Shown one piece after another: positions 46,834-56,911 of a stretch of DNA of 64,000 bases (positions are counted from its first letter, which is position 1; every line of letters starts with the position of its first letter). The stretch comes from an uncultured virus (IMG/VR IMGVR_UViG_3300050132_000502) (Duplodnaviria > Heunggongvirae > Uroviricota > Caudoviricetes), in the IMG/VR virus record IMGVR_UViG_3300050132_000502; one strand, 5' to 3'. A program made the translations under genes and the position numbers. A model generated the notes under the pieces. It made no database searches, was not told where the DNA came from, and saw only the letters and a program-made list of their open reading frames with translations.

Positions 46834-48993
46834 TTAGTCGCGAAACATAGCCTTTCGCACCTGACGGTGCCGGGGGTCGTCCGCGTTCTGCCAACTGTCA
46901 TCGTGAATCCACGTGAGGTGCGTGGTGTGTCGAGAAGCCATGACACAGAGACGTCCGAGCGACTGCGCGTGCTCGCTGTTGTCCTCGCCCATCATGGGAT
47001 CGAGCGCCACTACCGACGTCCACTCGCCACCCTGGAGGCGGTCGGCAGTACCGATGCGCACCGGATAGTCGTGAAGCATGGCGGTGAGAATGGTGGCTTG
47101 CGAGTTCCGTGAGACGATGGCCGCGACAATGCCGCAGTCCGTCAGTGCTCGCGCTCGATGCGCCATGACAGTGAGCGCGTTGATATCGTCGGCGGTCTCC
47201 ACTCTCGGTACTTCGATGGCTTCGACTTCACGTACCGGCTGTCCATCGACCGTCACCAGTTCGCGCTCAAGGCACGCACTCTCGAACTTGAAGTCGTAGA
47301 GCGGAGCCACCACACCGGCTGACACCGGACCGAGGCGATACGTCGTAGAGAGGGCGAACCGCGCTACGTCTTTCGTGAACATCATCGACGGAGCCGGAAG
47401 GAAAGGACCATGCCCCGTCTTCCAGAATGACGTGTCAACGGTGATGACTGGTCCAATCTGTCCGGGGTCGCCCACCATGAGCAACTGAGGGATGCCACTG
47501 CGAGCGCGAATCACCGCCGCGTAGGTCGCTTGGTACGCCTCATCGACGATCATCAAGTCGTAGGACTCACTGTCCTTGGCGATGCGAGCACCCGCGAGCG
47601 TGCGAACGACGACGACAGGATCGACACCCTTGATGTCCTCCGCGTCGCGACCGCTGTTGCTCATCATCAGGCATACGCGGTCACCGATGACTGCGTAGAT
47701 GCGGTCGTAGAGCGAAAGTACCTGTGCGCGAGTGAACGCGCAGACGAGAATCTGCATATCGGTTCGCGTGGTGAGTTGCTCCACGACGTCAACAATCAGA
47801 CTCGTGTTGTGGGTGACCATCAAACCATTGCCGCAGAGGAACAGGTGGTTGGGAGAGTCGACTTGAATGCACTGAGTCGGAACCGAGGCAACTGGCGTGA
47901 CCGTGAGATAGCGATTATTTGTTCGCGTTCCATTGCAGGTCGACATTGCTTTTCTCGGGAGTCGAGCGGCCCCTTCTAGATAAAAGGTCACTCGATACTT
48001 TGGTCCACAATCGCGACCATTGAGTGTGGCGCGTCCTTCGGAGAGCGATGCCTTCACGCCAAGACTCCGGGCGAGAAACTGAACGCCTTGAGCGAGATTC
48101 AGTTTTGTCGACATGAATTCGATCATGCCGTGTCGTTCTCCAGCAACGTGTCCATCGGTGTCAATGAGACCTTGCAGAAGCGCAAGGCGCTGTTCTTTCG
48201 ATGCTCGAAAATAGGCGTCAGGAATGTGCTTGTTGTTCAACAGCCCAGCAACGCGAAGTTGCTTTTGTAAGCCAAGTATCCCAATGGTGATTGGGTCCTT
48301 GCGCTCGGTCGTGACATAACCGGCTTCCTCAATGAACTGGCGCATCCACTTCTGGTCTTCGACCGATGATGTGATTGCACCACATGATGCAGTGCCATCG
48401 CCAAGCCAAGCGCCTAAGACGTACGGGTCAATAGGAAGTTCTGCGTGTGGTAGTTCCAGTGGCTTTGCGAGGTTCAATCGCGGTCTCTTGCTTCGTGGAG
48501 TCTCTGCCAAACAACGAGTGGTGTGATTATGAACTCCACTGCCAATCCCGCGAAGTATTGGTCCAGTCTTTCCGGGGTAGTGAGGTATCGCTTGTTTTGC
48601 GACTTTCTTAGGATTCTCCAACATGACGGGCCAGAGGTGGTCGGCATCAGCGATGACACTCTCCCCATCGTCGGTTGAGACCTCAAAACAGTCATGATCG
48701 TAGAAAATTTCTGACTTGAACGTCACGGTGCAGGGGTTCCCTTGCTCGTCGATGAGTTGGTCGCCGATCTGGACATCGCCCATTGTCGTCCAACCAGTTG
48801 GCGTGGGGAGTGGTGTATCAAGAGCCAGTGCTTTACCTGCCCCCGGAGGACTGTCCACCACCACGTCGTGACCGCGCCAGATTCTCTCTAGCGTCTTGGC
48901 GAGAACGGAGCCAACCTCTAGGGGCTTGTGGAGAGGGGTGTCAGCATAGATTGTCGCAACGCTATTGCCGGTGGTGTCCTTCTTTATGAGCAT
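46834..48993 (-). CDS. SF1 (Upf1/DNA2-like) helicase with intein
   Basis: SPPGAGK[intein]T; IVDEAYQ; VGDPGQ; TYRL; TADRLQG; VMASRH. Confidence 0.85.
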   Translation of the reverse strand: MLIKKDTTGNSVATIYADTPLHKPLEVGSVLAKTLERIWRGHDVVVDSPPGAGKALALDTPLPTPTGWTTMGDVQIGDQLIDEQGNPCTVTFKSEIFYDHDCFEVSTDDGESVIADADHLWPVMLENPKKVAKQAIPHYPGKTGPILRGIGSGVHNHTTRCLAETPRSKRPRLNLAKPLELPHAELPIDPYVLGAWLGDGTASCGAITSSVEDQKWMRQFIEEAGYVTTERKDPITIGILGLQKQLRVAGLLNNKHIPDAYFRASKEQRLALLQGLIDTDGHVAGERHGMIEFMSTKLNLAQGVQFLARSLGVKASLSEGRATLNGRDCGPKYRVTFYLEGAARLPRKAMSTCNGTRTNNRYLTVTPVASVPTQCIQVDSPNHLFLCGNGLMVTHNTSLIVDVVEQLTTRTDMQILVCAFTRAQVLSLYDRIYAVIGDRVCLMMSNSGRDAEDIKGVDPVVVVRTLAGARIAKDSESYDLMIVDEAYQATYAAVIRARSGIPQLLMVGDPGQIGPVITVDTSFWKTGHGPFLPAPSMMFTKDVARFALSTTYRLGPVSAGVVAPLYDFKFESACLERELVTVDGQPVREVEAIEVPRVETADDINALTVMAHRARALTDCGIVAAIVSRNSQATILTAMLHDYPVRIGTADRLQGGEWTSVVALDPMMGEDNSEHAQSLGRLCVMASRHTTHLTWIHDDSWQNADDPRHRQVRKAMFRD
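47806..48831 (-). mobile_element. 342-aa intein with LAGLIDADG endonuclease, Ala1 class 3-type
   Basis: Starts ALALDTPLPTPTGWTTMGD, ends VTHN/T; DHLW, TQCIQV; PYVLGAWLGDG and LLQGLIDTDG. Confidence 0.9.
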
Positions 48994-49029
48994 TGCAGGG
49001 CTTTCTAGTGGTGACTTGTTACCAACTTA

Positions 49030-49263
49030 CTAACCCCATGTATCGCCATTCGCCACAGGCTCTACGCCGAAAATCAGGGATGTGATACCGAGTCCGGCAG
49101 TAAGGATGATGAGAAAGAACAATGCCGTGGGCTCGATGATGTGGAAGGGGTGACTCACGTTGAAATTAGTGAGCACCGACCCGATCATGAGTAACGACAG
49201 TGCGCTGTAGAGAAACAGGACCGAAACAAATAGCCACCAGTACCTCGTGAGTCGACTCATCAT
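49030..49263 (-). CDS. Small membrane protein
   Basis: Two hydrophobic helices; ATGA overlap. Confidence 0.55.
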   Translation of the reverse strand: MMSRLTRYWWLFVSVLFLYSALSLLMIGSVLTNFNVSHPFHIIEPTALFFLIILTAGLGITSLIFGVEPVANGDTWG

Positions 49264-50561
49264 TTCTCATCCTTCACGTGGACAACCTTCGCCCACTCCG
49301 GTGTTGGGTAGTAGTCACTTGCTTCGTCAATGAGGCACACGACAACGGGCACTCGCGGTCGCTCAGTGGGCCACGGGGTGTAGCCGTCCGTCATGACCAC
49401 GATCACCGAGGGCTTGTGCTTCATCGCGGACTCGATGCCTACGCCCATGTCCGTGCCGCCGTTACCTGCTCGATTGGTCAAGTCATCGTTGCGACGAAAT
49501 TTCACCGTCGCTCCCACAACCGTGTCCACGTCGAGGATAACCAATTGCTGATCGCGAACCCCGAGTTGCTTGGCAATACCGATGATCTCGTTAGTCGCCG
49601 CGAGGAACATCTCCGTGTTGACCGATCCTGACGTGTCGCGAACCACGGCCACCGTGGGGATCGGCGTGTGCAGTCCTGGCATGGCTACTCCGTTGAAGAC
49701 GGGGATGTGTCGGTTGCGACGACGGTACGTTGACTCGTGGTCACCCGCCCGACTCGCAATGGATTGGCGCACGAATCCTGCCAGCACTCGACGCCACGAG
49801 ACGACGGGTGGAGCAAGAATAATTTCAGCGGTCTTGAGTAGTCCACCGGGAACGGTGCCGGGGTGCTTATCGGCGAAGGCGCGAATCTCACCAGCGGTTG
49901 CGATCTGTTTGAGTTCGCGCTCGATATCGCCAACACCGGGGTCGCCCGTGTCGTCTTCCTCAGCGGGTGAAGGGTTGCCGCTCGCCGAACCACAACCCTC
50001 GTCGTCATCGTCCTCATCGGAGTCACCACCGCCATCACTGCCGCCGTCGGTGCCATCCCCATCACCGGGGTCTCCTGGTTGCTTCTGCGACTTCGGAGGC
50101 GGTGGCTGGTTCTTGAGTATTGCGTAGTACGTCTCGGCCAGTTCGTGGCGCTCGGCTCCGAACTGCTCGGCCAGAACTCCGTACTCACCGAGAGCGACGC
50201 ATCCGGCTTCCACCAAGTCGTCGTTGTTCGCGGCGTCTGCCGCCCGATTCCAGAGTTTGCGAGCGGCCCTCGTCGTCGGCACAGCGGCTTCGTTGGCCCG
50301 AGCGAAGTCGTTGCTGAACAAGTGACCGCACTCGTGTAGGAGAGCCTCGGAACTGAGTCGATTGCTGAACTCTTCTTGCACGTAATCGAAGTTGATGTAG
50401 AGCCGATACTTGTCGTCGCACGCGAACGTCTTCGTCTCATTGGAGTTGAATGGTCGCAACGCGAACAGGATGTGCGACATGTACGGCATGATTTCGAGTG
50501 CCCCGACGACCCATCCACTGAGGAGAGCCATCTGCTCCTTGTTGGGCTTGGTCGCGGACAT
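49260..50561 (-). CDS. Metallopeptidase-like plus vWA domain protein (DUF2201-type)
   Basis: LLHECGH (HExxH); DTSGS MIDAS; GGTDM; MTDG. Confidence 0.85.
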   Translation of the reverse strand: MSATKPNKEQMALLSGWVVGALEIMPYMSHILFALRPFNSNETKTFACDDKYRLYINFDYVQEEFSNRLSSEALLHECGHLFSNDFARANEAAVPTTRAARKLWNRAADAANNDDLVEAGCVALGEYGVLAEQFGAERHELAETYYAILKNQPPPPKSQKQPGDPGDGDGTDGGSDGGGDSDEDDDDEGCGSASGNPSPAEEDDTGDPGVGDIERELKQIATAGEIRAFADKHPGTVPGGLLKTAEIILAPPVVSWRRVLAGFVRQSIASRAGDHESTYRRRNRHIPVFNGVAMPGLHTPIPTVAVVRDTSGSVNTEMFLAATNEIIGIAKQLGVRDQQLVILDVDTVVGATVKFRRNDDLTNRAGNGGTDMGVGIESAMKHKPSVIVVMTDGYTPWPTERPRVPVVVCLIDEASDYYPTPEWAKVVHVKDEK

Positions 50562-50944
50562 TACTGCACGTCCTTCAAGGACTCTGATTTTGCGATCTTC
50601 CAGTTTCGAACGGTTGTCGATGAGACACCAGCCACCCTCGATAGGTGGTTGTTGCTCATGCTCTCGTTCCCAACTGTTGCTTCGATGATGGAGCGAATGG
50701 AGTTATCGCACGCGATGCGGATTGAGGCGAGGTGTTCCAGCACGAGAAGCGCGTAGATATCGACGAGGTCGAGTCCAACCAGTGCTTCGGCCTTCACCAT
50801 CTTTTCGATTTCGGCACTCGCGCCATGACGCACGTAGTTCGCGCATTGGGTAACGTGCTCTCCGAACTCGCCTTGGTTTAAGAGACGAGACGGCGACAAA
50901 GAACCCTCTTGTGGACCTGAACTGTTGCCAGCACGTTGGGTCAC
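50561..50944 (-). CDS. Small protein with C-terminal HTH
   Basis: GTG overlapping upstream TGA; SNNHLSRVAGVSSTTVRNW. Confidence 0.55.
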   Translation of the reverse strand: MTQRAGNSSGPQEGSLSPSRLLNQGEFGEHVTQCANYVRHGASAEIEKMVKAEALVGLDLVDIYALLVLEHLASIRIACDNSIRSIIEATVGNESMSNNHLSRVAGVSSTTVRNWKIAKSESLKDVQ

Positions 50945-51519
50945 AACGGGCACTCGTTGGCGGCGTCTTGCATAGCGGTGAAGACCTCTTGACGCCACGC
51001 ATCGAACTTCTCTTCGTCGGTGAGGTCGGTCTTTTCGGTGTCGTCCTCATCCTCGTCATCACTGTCGTCGAACTCACTGAGTGAGTCGAGTGCATCACGA
51101 AGCGCCGATGCCCAGTCGGAGCACTCATCTGCGTGGTCGGTCATTTCCTCGCTCTGTGAAGTGGGGTGGCCGAAGCCGTCCTCAATGGAACTAGCGCCCT
51201 CGCTGTACTGCTCGCCGACCTCTTCGACCGCATCGGCGGCTTCTTCCATGACGGCCTGAGCATCATCCAGAGTGAAGGTCTCACCCTGACTGCCCTCAAT
51301 CCAATCCTCAACGGCTTCCTGTGCGCTGTAGAGCGACGAGAGTTTGTCGTTGCTGGCGATCTGCGATGCGCGAAACGGACCACACTCGATGTGACGAACC
51401 ACGCGAGGACTACGGAATGCCGCCGCCCAGTAGTAGCCCTGACCAACGTCAATGGACTCGTGGCAGGAGATGCACGTACCGGCGACCTTCTGTGCTTTGT
51501 TGACGGTGTTCACTCGCAT
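50941..51519 (-). CDS. Zn-finger plus acidic helical hypothetical protein
   Basis: CISCHESIDVGQGY..H.EC; AAGGAG RBS. Confidence 0.7.
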   Translation of the reverse strand: MRVNTVNKAQKVAGTCISCHESIDVGQGYYWAAAFRSPRVVRHIECGPFRASQIASNDKLSSLYSAQEAVEDWIEGSQGETFTLDDAQAVMEEAADAVEEVGEQYSEGASSIEDGFGHPTSQSEEMTDHADECSDWASALRDALDSLSEFDDSDDEDEDDTEKTDLTDEEKFDAWRQEVFTAMQDAANECPL

Positions 51520-51578
51520 GTCGTGCTCCTTCGATCTACGAGTTATCTAGCCCCAATATCGAGCCATCGCTCCAGGGC

Positions 51579-51791
51579 TCAGGTGTCTAGGCCAGCCATC
51601 CAGACGGTATATGCCTCACCAACCCATCCGGTGTCGAGTTCAGCGTCGATCTTTTCGATGATCGCTTCGATGTGAGGTTTGGTGACGTCGTTGACCGGAT
51701 AGATGTCGCCGTTGTTGACGGAGAGAAGAACGTCGATGACTCGTCGTAGATCGTCCTCATCCAGAACCGGGACCTCGTGCGTTAGACCCAT
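51579..51791 (-). CDS. Hypothetical protein
   Basis: Coupled small ORF. Confidence 0.5.
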   Translation of the reverse strand: MGLTHEVPVLDEDDLRRVIDVLLSVNNGDIYPVNDVTKPHIEAIIEKIDAELDTGWVGEAYTVWMAGLDT

Positions 51792-52300
51792 TCTCCGGCC
51801 TTACCGATGAGGACTCCGTGTATTCCCTCAGTGACAGTTGCGTCGTTCAGGATTATCAGTTCGGTGATGGAGTTGGTCGCGTCTTTCTCCAAACTCGTCG
51901 GCATAGGTCCGACTTGCGCGAAGCCAATACTCGTGACGTCATCGAAGAAGAACGAGAGGTAGTACGCGGGCACCGAGAATCCAAGTTCGGTGTACGGATA
52001 CATTTGCTCATTGGTGTTGATGGTGGTCTCTCGTTCAGGAGCATCAATAGGCGCGGGGAAGACATGGTCGATCACTTCGCGCAAAATGATGTCAGTCAGA
52101 TCGCCAAACTGCGTCAGTGACGCGAGTAGTTCTGGCGTCGCGACCAAATCGAAGCACTCTCTCGCCGACATAATTCTCTTGCGCAACTGAATCGTCGCGT
52201 CAGTGAAGACCTGCTGTTGAGCGTCGAACATCGCACGAATGGATGCCGCGTCAACAGCGCTCGGGTACATGGTGAAAACGTTGGGGATATTCGCGGTCAT
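51782..52300 (-). CDS. Hypothetical protein
   Basis: 172-aa coupled ORF. Confidence 0.6.
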   Translation of the reverse strand: MTANIPNVFTMYPSAVDAASIRAMFDAQQQVFTDATIQLRKRIMSARECFDLVATPELLASLTQFGDLTDIILREVIDHVFPAPIDAPERETTINTNEQMYPYTELGFSVPAYYLSFFFDDVTSIGFAQVGPMPTSLEKDATNSITELIILNDATVTEGIHGVLIGKAGEWV

Positions 52301-52839
52301 GAGATTTTTGTTGCTACCTCAAATAAATACGCGTCGAAGTGGCGACCCACAGGAATGCTGGTCGTAGTGCTCGCCGCCACGACCCACACTTGACCAGTGG
52401 TAGCCCGGTAGGTGACTTCGTTCTGTGCCACCACACCGTGCTGATCCACCAACGACTTCGGCTTTGTGGTGAACGCTCCGAGGATGAGGGAGTTCTTGCC
52501 GACGTGGTAGTCGCAGAGAACCTCGCCATTGCTGTTCACACTCAGTGCGTCGTTGATCGAGGTCACTGTGACCGAAAACTGTCTGTCAACCACTGCCACT
52601 GCTCCAAAGAGGGTCGAGCATTCCGTGGCGAGTTCCGTATCGTACGTGGCCTTCTCGGACGCGATGAGCGCATTCTTCTCCGAGTTAGTGCCGTTGTTGA
52701 CCCCGAGCGAGTACGAGAGAGTAAATGCCGCTACCACACCGAGGACGATTAGTCCTTTGGTGGCTTTCGTTAGTGGTGGCTTCGCCTGTCGGTCCGACGC
52801 GATGGTGGGATTCGTTTTGCGAAAGTAGTTACGCGGCAT
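52297..52839 (-). CDS. Membrane-anchored hypothetical protein
   Basis: N-terminal TM. Confidence 0.6.
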   Translation of the reverse strand: MPRNYFRKTNPTIASDRQAKPPLTKATKGLIVLGVVAAFTLSYSLGVNNGTNSEKNALIASEKATYDTELATECSTLFGAVAVVDRQFSVTVTSINDALSVNSNGEVLCDYHVGKNSLILGAFTTKPKSLVDQHGVVAQNEVTYRATTGQVWVVAASTTTSIPVGRHFDAYLFEVATKIS

Positions 52840-53941
52840 CCTCGGCCTTCCAACGACCCGTAGACGTGAACAGGTCTTGGAAGGCAGTGATAGTGGCCTT
52901 CGGTACCTTCACACCGTCAGGCATGTGTTGCATCAGGTTACGCATACCGGGGTAGGCCAGATCGGGACGACCCTTCGCCGCGCACATCGTCAGCGCGTTC
53001 ACGGCTTGCGTCCACGTCGTGGCGTCACCACGGATGCGAGCAATCGCGGTCAGTGACAACACCAGGGCATAGATGCGGTCGGGACGTTCAGTCCAGTCGA
53101 CAATCGAGGGGTCCGCGAGCACTTCGTCAGCGTCGTAGAGGTCAGCGGTCATGAACCACTGGACGAACTCACGACCGGCACCTTCACCGACGCAACCAAT
53201 CGCGGCGACCATGAGAGCCTCTTGGTCGTCCTCGCGAAGTTTCGCCGCCACGGAGACGAGGTTCGTCCACGAACGCGGTGAGGGCCAGCCACGACCGGCG
53301 GTGATTGCGTCCTTCGGCACGCCGGGTTCGATGAGGTCAGGTCGAGTCTTGAGGAAGGCCGCGACCATCGTGCGGGCGGCTATCGTGCGGTCGGTCGTCG
53401 CGAGCATTTCGCGAAGATCGGGTGCCGTGGAAAACTCGAAGCCGCTCATCAAGCCTTCGAGCCATCCGTCGGAATCGAAGTGCCAGTCGAGGTGCAAGAA
53501 ACGGTTGGCGACCGGCGCGGCGAGGTCCCACCCATCTACCGCGACGTCTGCCGGGTTTGCGGCGGCAACGATAGCCACAGTGTCGGGAAGTTTCGTCTCG
53601 CCCACGTAGCGTTCTTGAGCGACACGCAACATGGCCTTCTGCACGGTCGGGGCCGACGTGCTGAGTTCGTCAAGAAAGAGAATTCCCTTCACCGCTTCGC
53701 GAAGGCGCTCGGCCCACGCCAACGAAAGGTAACTGGTCACGCCATTTTTGTCGGCGGGAAAACCGAGGAAGTCGGTGGCTTCACGGTTCGACCCCACGAC
53801 AGTCTCGACGTGGTAGCCCCACTCGGCACCCCATAGTTCGATCAGCGCGGTCTTACCGATGCCCGGATTACCCCACAGAAGGACAGGAACGTTAGCCATG
53901 ATGCTGGCGGCGAATACGCGAGTAGTCGGATGGGTAGTCAT
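52829..53941 (-). CDS. MoxR-family AAA+ ATPase
   Basis: WGNPGIGKT; ILFLDE; AAANP; ANRF; PSPRSW. Confidence 0.88.
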   Translation of the reverse strand: MTTHPTTRVFAASIMANVPVLLWGNPGIGKTALIELWGAEWGYHVETVVGSNREATDFLGFPADKNGVTSYLSLAWAERLREAVKGILFLDELSTSAPTVQKAMLRVAQERYVGETKLPDTVAIVAAANPADVAVDGWDLAAPVANRFLHLDWHFDSDGWLEGLMSGFEFSTAPDLREMLATTDRTIAARTMVAAFLKTRPDLIEPGVPKDAITAGRGWPSPRSWTNLVSVAAKLREDDQEALMVAAIGCVGEGAGREFVQWFMTADLYDADEVLADPSIVDWTERPDRIYALVLSLTAIARIRGDATTWTQAVNALTMCAAKGRPDLAYPGMRNLMQHMPDGVKVPKATITAFQDLFTSTGRWKAEDAA

Positions 53942-54009
53942 TGGTGCTCCTGGGTCTGGTACTTCTCTACCAAACCTCTAGCCCCCAGTAAAGGCCGTTG
54001 GCCCCTTGC

Positions 54010-54207
54010 TTAACTGACCGCAGTGGGTTCGGGATTCCTCAGTTTCAGAATCTCGGCACTGTTGGTCTCCACCTTCTTGTAGAGCCAGAACGCAACGACG
54101 GCGAGAGCCAGTGTCGCGTACGCCAGAAAGAAGAACCCGATGATGAATAACGGGCTGATTTGATGACTGACGAAGACGAAGAAGTGGGCTTTGTGCATGG
54201 TTGCCAT
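54010..54207 (-). CDS. Small membrane protein
   Basis: Hydrophobic core. Confidence 0.45.
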   Translation of the reverse strand: MATMHKAHFFVFVSHQISPLFIIGFFFLAYATLALAVVAFWLYKKVETNSAEILKLRNPEPTAVS

Positions 54208-54276
54208 CCTATCGTTTGGACCCTATTGATTTTTCAAGAACCACCAATTCATCATCACCTGTCCTAGAATTCACGC

Positions 54277-54801
54277 ATGACTACAGCCCCCACATCCGAA
54301 CCGGATGACGCCGCCAACTCTCCAAGTAACGACAAAGGAGCCGATGCATCACGCGAGAAGAAGACGCCGAAGACATCTCGTTCGCCAGTCAAGTTCGGCA
54401 GTCCGAAGCACTGTGTTGACTTAACCCTCGCGGTCAACAACACGAAAGGAATCGGACTTACGATTCTTGCGGCCGCAAGTGGATCGAGCAATGAATCAGT
54501 CGCGAACGTCGCGCTCGCACTCATCACCAACTTCAGTCGTGCCAAGTCCGTCCTGAGCACCGCACAAGAGATCGCCACCGCCGATCCAATGGAGTCAGGC
54601 ATCTTGGCTATCGAGTGCGCCAACGAAGACTCAGCATTGTTCAAATTGGTGTGGTCGATGGCTCGTGTTCTCAACGACACAATGCCGTCACAGGTTCCTC
54701 CTACCAAAGCGAAGAGTGGACTCGAATTAGCCAAGGGTCTCCAGTCGCTCAGTGACGATGCTCGCGTCGCGTTGCGCCGTGCAGAAACGGTGATCTCGTG
54801 A
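54277..54801 (+). CDS. Hypothetical protein
   Basis: First of three coupled + strand ORFs. Confidence 0.55.
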   Translation: MTTAPTSEPDDAANSPSNDKGADASREKKTPKTSRSPVKFGSPKHCVDLTLAVNNTKGIGLTILAAASGSSNESVANVALALITNFSRAKSVLSTAQEIATADPMESGILAIECANEDSALFKLVWSMARVLNDTMPSQVPPTKAKSGLELAKGLQSLSDDARVALRRAETVIS

Positions 54802-55031
54802 GCGATACCGCAGACCTCGACCTAGAGAAGAAGGCCGTCCTCATCGGCGAATATCTCGTGCGTGACCTGAACGAAATTGGTCTCGGGCACGTCCAAGTAA
54901 CTCTGAGCGTGACACCGTCCGAAAATGGCCCCGTGGTCACCGTGTCGCACACAGGTGACTCCGAAGACGACACGGTCGTGGCGACCCTCGTCAACGCCCT
55001 CCTCAAAGAGCAGGAATGGCCGGGGTTCTAG
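54798..55031 (+). CDS. Hypothetical protein
   Basis: GTGA overlap. Confidence 0.5.
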   Translation: MSDTADLDLEKKAVLIGEYLVRDLNEIGLGHVQVTLSVTPSENGPVVTVSHTGDSEDDTVVATLVNALLKEQEWPGF

Positions 55032-55579
55032 TCCGCAAGATTGTCTCCGGGGGACAGACGGGGGCGGATCGGGCCGGTATTGACTTCGCCATCGCCTACG
55101 GCATTGAGTACGGCGGTTGGGTGCCCAAGGGAGGCAAGGCCGAAGACCTCACGACCCCGCCAGGTCTACTCGCGCTCTACCCGTTACTCGAAGAAGCACC
55201 TACAACGTCAATGGCCGCTCGAACCAAGTTCAACATCCGCGACTCCGACGCGACCCTCATCATTCGTCCTCACGGCGGAGTGATGTCACCGGGAACGAAG
55301 TTGACTATCGAACTCTGTGAGCAACTCAAAAAGCCCTACGCAGTCATTGACCCGAACGACTGGGATGGAGCCGATCAGTTCGCGGAGTTTCTCCACTTCG
55401 TCGATAAGTCGTGGCGAGACAATCACATGTGGCTCGATGGAGAGTCCGAATCAACTCCAATGGACCCCATCGTGCTCAACGTGGCGGGTCCGCGAGAGAG
55501 TAAGTCGAAAGGCATCTACGACGCGGCGATGGGTTTCCTCGTCGAGTCCGTTGGTGTGGTGCAGTACGCCTCGGCCTAG
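55016..55579 (+). CDS. SLOG-superfamily putative molybdenum-carrier-like protein
   Basis: KIVSGGQTGADRAG; GGWVPKG; RT..N..DSDATL; LNVAGPRES. Confidence 0.85.
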   Translation: MAGVLVRKIVSGGQTGADRAGIDFAIAYGIEYGGWVPKGGKAEDLTTPPGLLALYPLLEEAPTTSMAARTKFNIRDSDATLIIRPHGGVMSPGTKLTIELCEQLKKPYAVIDPNDWDGADQFAEFLHFVDKSWRDNHMWLDGESESTPMDPIVLNVAGPRESKSKGIYDAAMGFLVESVGVVQYASA

Positions 55580-55899
55580 AGCGCGAGGAACGTCTTTACT
55601 TGCTCGTCCGTGAGGCTCTCGTTCTCGCCCTCGGGGTCAACCAGTCCGATGAGGACCACGTCACCACAGATGACGTCCGTCTCTCCGTACGAGGCGACCC
55701 ACAGTGCGGTGGCCTTCTCGTTGATCGGAAGACGATGAATCTTGCCTTCTTCGTTCAGGTACATCTCGATGTTGTGAGCCAGGAGTCGAACGCGCTCGAT
55801 ATAGCCACCGACCGCGATGCTCAGTGCCGCGTACGAGGTCTCGCTTTTGAACTCGGCAACGCTGGTCGTTCCGTCGATCTTGAGAATGACTGCCTTCAT
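55576..55899 (-). CDS. DUF3846-like protein
   Basis: VGGYIE..YLNEEGK..LPIN..AT...ICGDVV. Confidence 0.75.
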   Translation of the reverse strand: MKAVILKIDGTTSVAEFKSETSYAALSIAVGGYIERVRLLAHNIEMYLNEEGKIHRLPINEKATALWVASYGETDVICGDVVLIGLVDPEGENESLTDEQVKTFLAL

Positions 55900-55947
55900 G
55901 GGGTGCTCCTCTGTTACTGGTTTCCTAGCCCCACATGAGTACCTCGG

Positions 55948-56730
55948 TCACACCCAGTCGCGAGAGTCCACGATCTGACGCAAGTTCGACAACATGAGCG
56001 CCATCCGGTACGTCATCTCACCGTCCGAGACGTTGTAGGCCGTGCGCTCGGCGACCGTAAGCAGTTCCATGCGCTCACGGTCTACTTCGATGGGGTTAAG
56101 ACCCATGAGGCGGGCCACCGGCTTGAGGCTCTTGGAGATGCCCGCCGCTTCCGCGATTGGTTCATAGGCGTAACAGATGTCGGCGTGGTCGTGCGGACCC
56201 CACGCGAGCAGATACTCGGTTTCGTGACCGGCACAGGGACCGTACTTCGAGGGACGGAGTTTGGTGGGTTGAAGCCGCAAGTTGTGACGGAGTCCGTATC
56301 GCTCGGCTCGTGTCTGATAGACGGGTCCGTCGAATCCTGCTCCATTCCAGGTAACGATGATGCCAGGGTCAGTCTCGGCGTCCATGAAGAAGTCATTGAC
56401 GGCGATCAGTAGTCGCTCCTCTTTCGGATCATCGAGCGAAATCACACCTTCTGGCCCCGCGCCCTCAACCGAGGGTCCGAAGTAGATCGCCACCGAGGTA
56501 ACACGAGTGGTGGGGTACGTCGGGTCAAGCCCGTGTCCGTCACCCGTGTACGTCTCGAAGTCAAGGTTGTAGAGCGTGATCGAATCAGCCACGTCACCGA
56601 TGAGTTGTTTCACCGTGAGCGCCTTCTCGTGGAGAGTCTCTTCGATCTGACGATCAATGTTGTCAGATATCTCAACTGTGAATTCAGTCACTTCGGCTGT
56701 CTCCGTCGTGGTGTTAGTGATCTTTTTCAT
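55948..56730 (-). CDS. DnaQ/RNase H-fold 3'-5' exonuclease
   Basis: LDFET (ExoI), TWNGAGFD (ExoII), YNVSD (ExoIII); AAGGA RBS. Confidence 0.78.
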   Translation of the reverse strand: MKKITNTTTETAEVTEFTVEISDNIDRQIEETLHEKALTVKQLIGDVADSITLYNLDFETYTGDGHGLDPTYPTTRVTSVAIYFGPSVEGAGPEGVISLDDPKEERLLIAVNDFFMDAETDPGIIVTWNGAGFDGPVYQTRAERYGLRHNLRLQPTKLRPSKYGPCAGHETEYLLAWGPHDHADICYAYEPIAEAAGISKSLKPVARLMGLNPIEVDRERMELLTVAERTAYNVSDGEMTYRMALMLSNLRQIVDSRDWV

Positions 56731-56911
56731 GACTTTCCTTTGCTTGGTAGTCGGTCGTGTTGCCACCATGACTTCTTTACTCGGTACGCCTCTCCTCGGA
56801 TACGACGAGTGTGATGGCGAGTCAGGTTGCCGTCGCATACGTCGCACACAGCGCGTCGTCCCATCTGAATAGTTGACGTTCGTGGGGTTGGTCGATGTTT
56901 GACTGGACTGG

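Noticed and set aside
53826..53836. GCACCCCATAG near-match to motif A
   Set aside because: Has an extra C and lies antisense inside the MoxR CDS.
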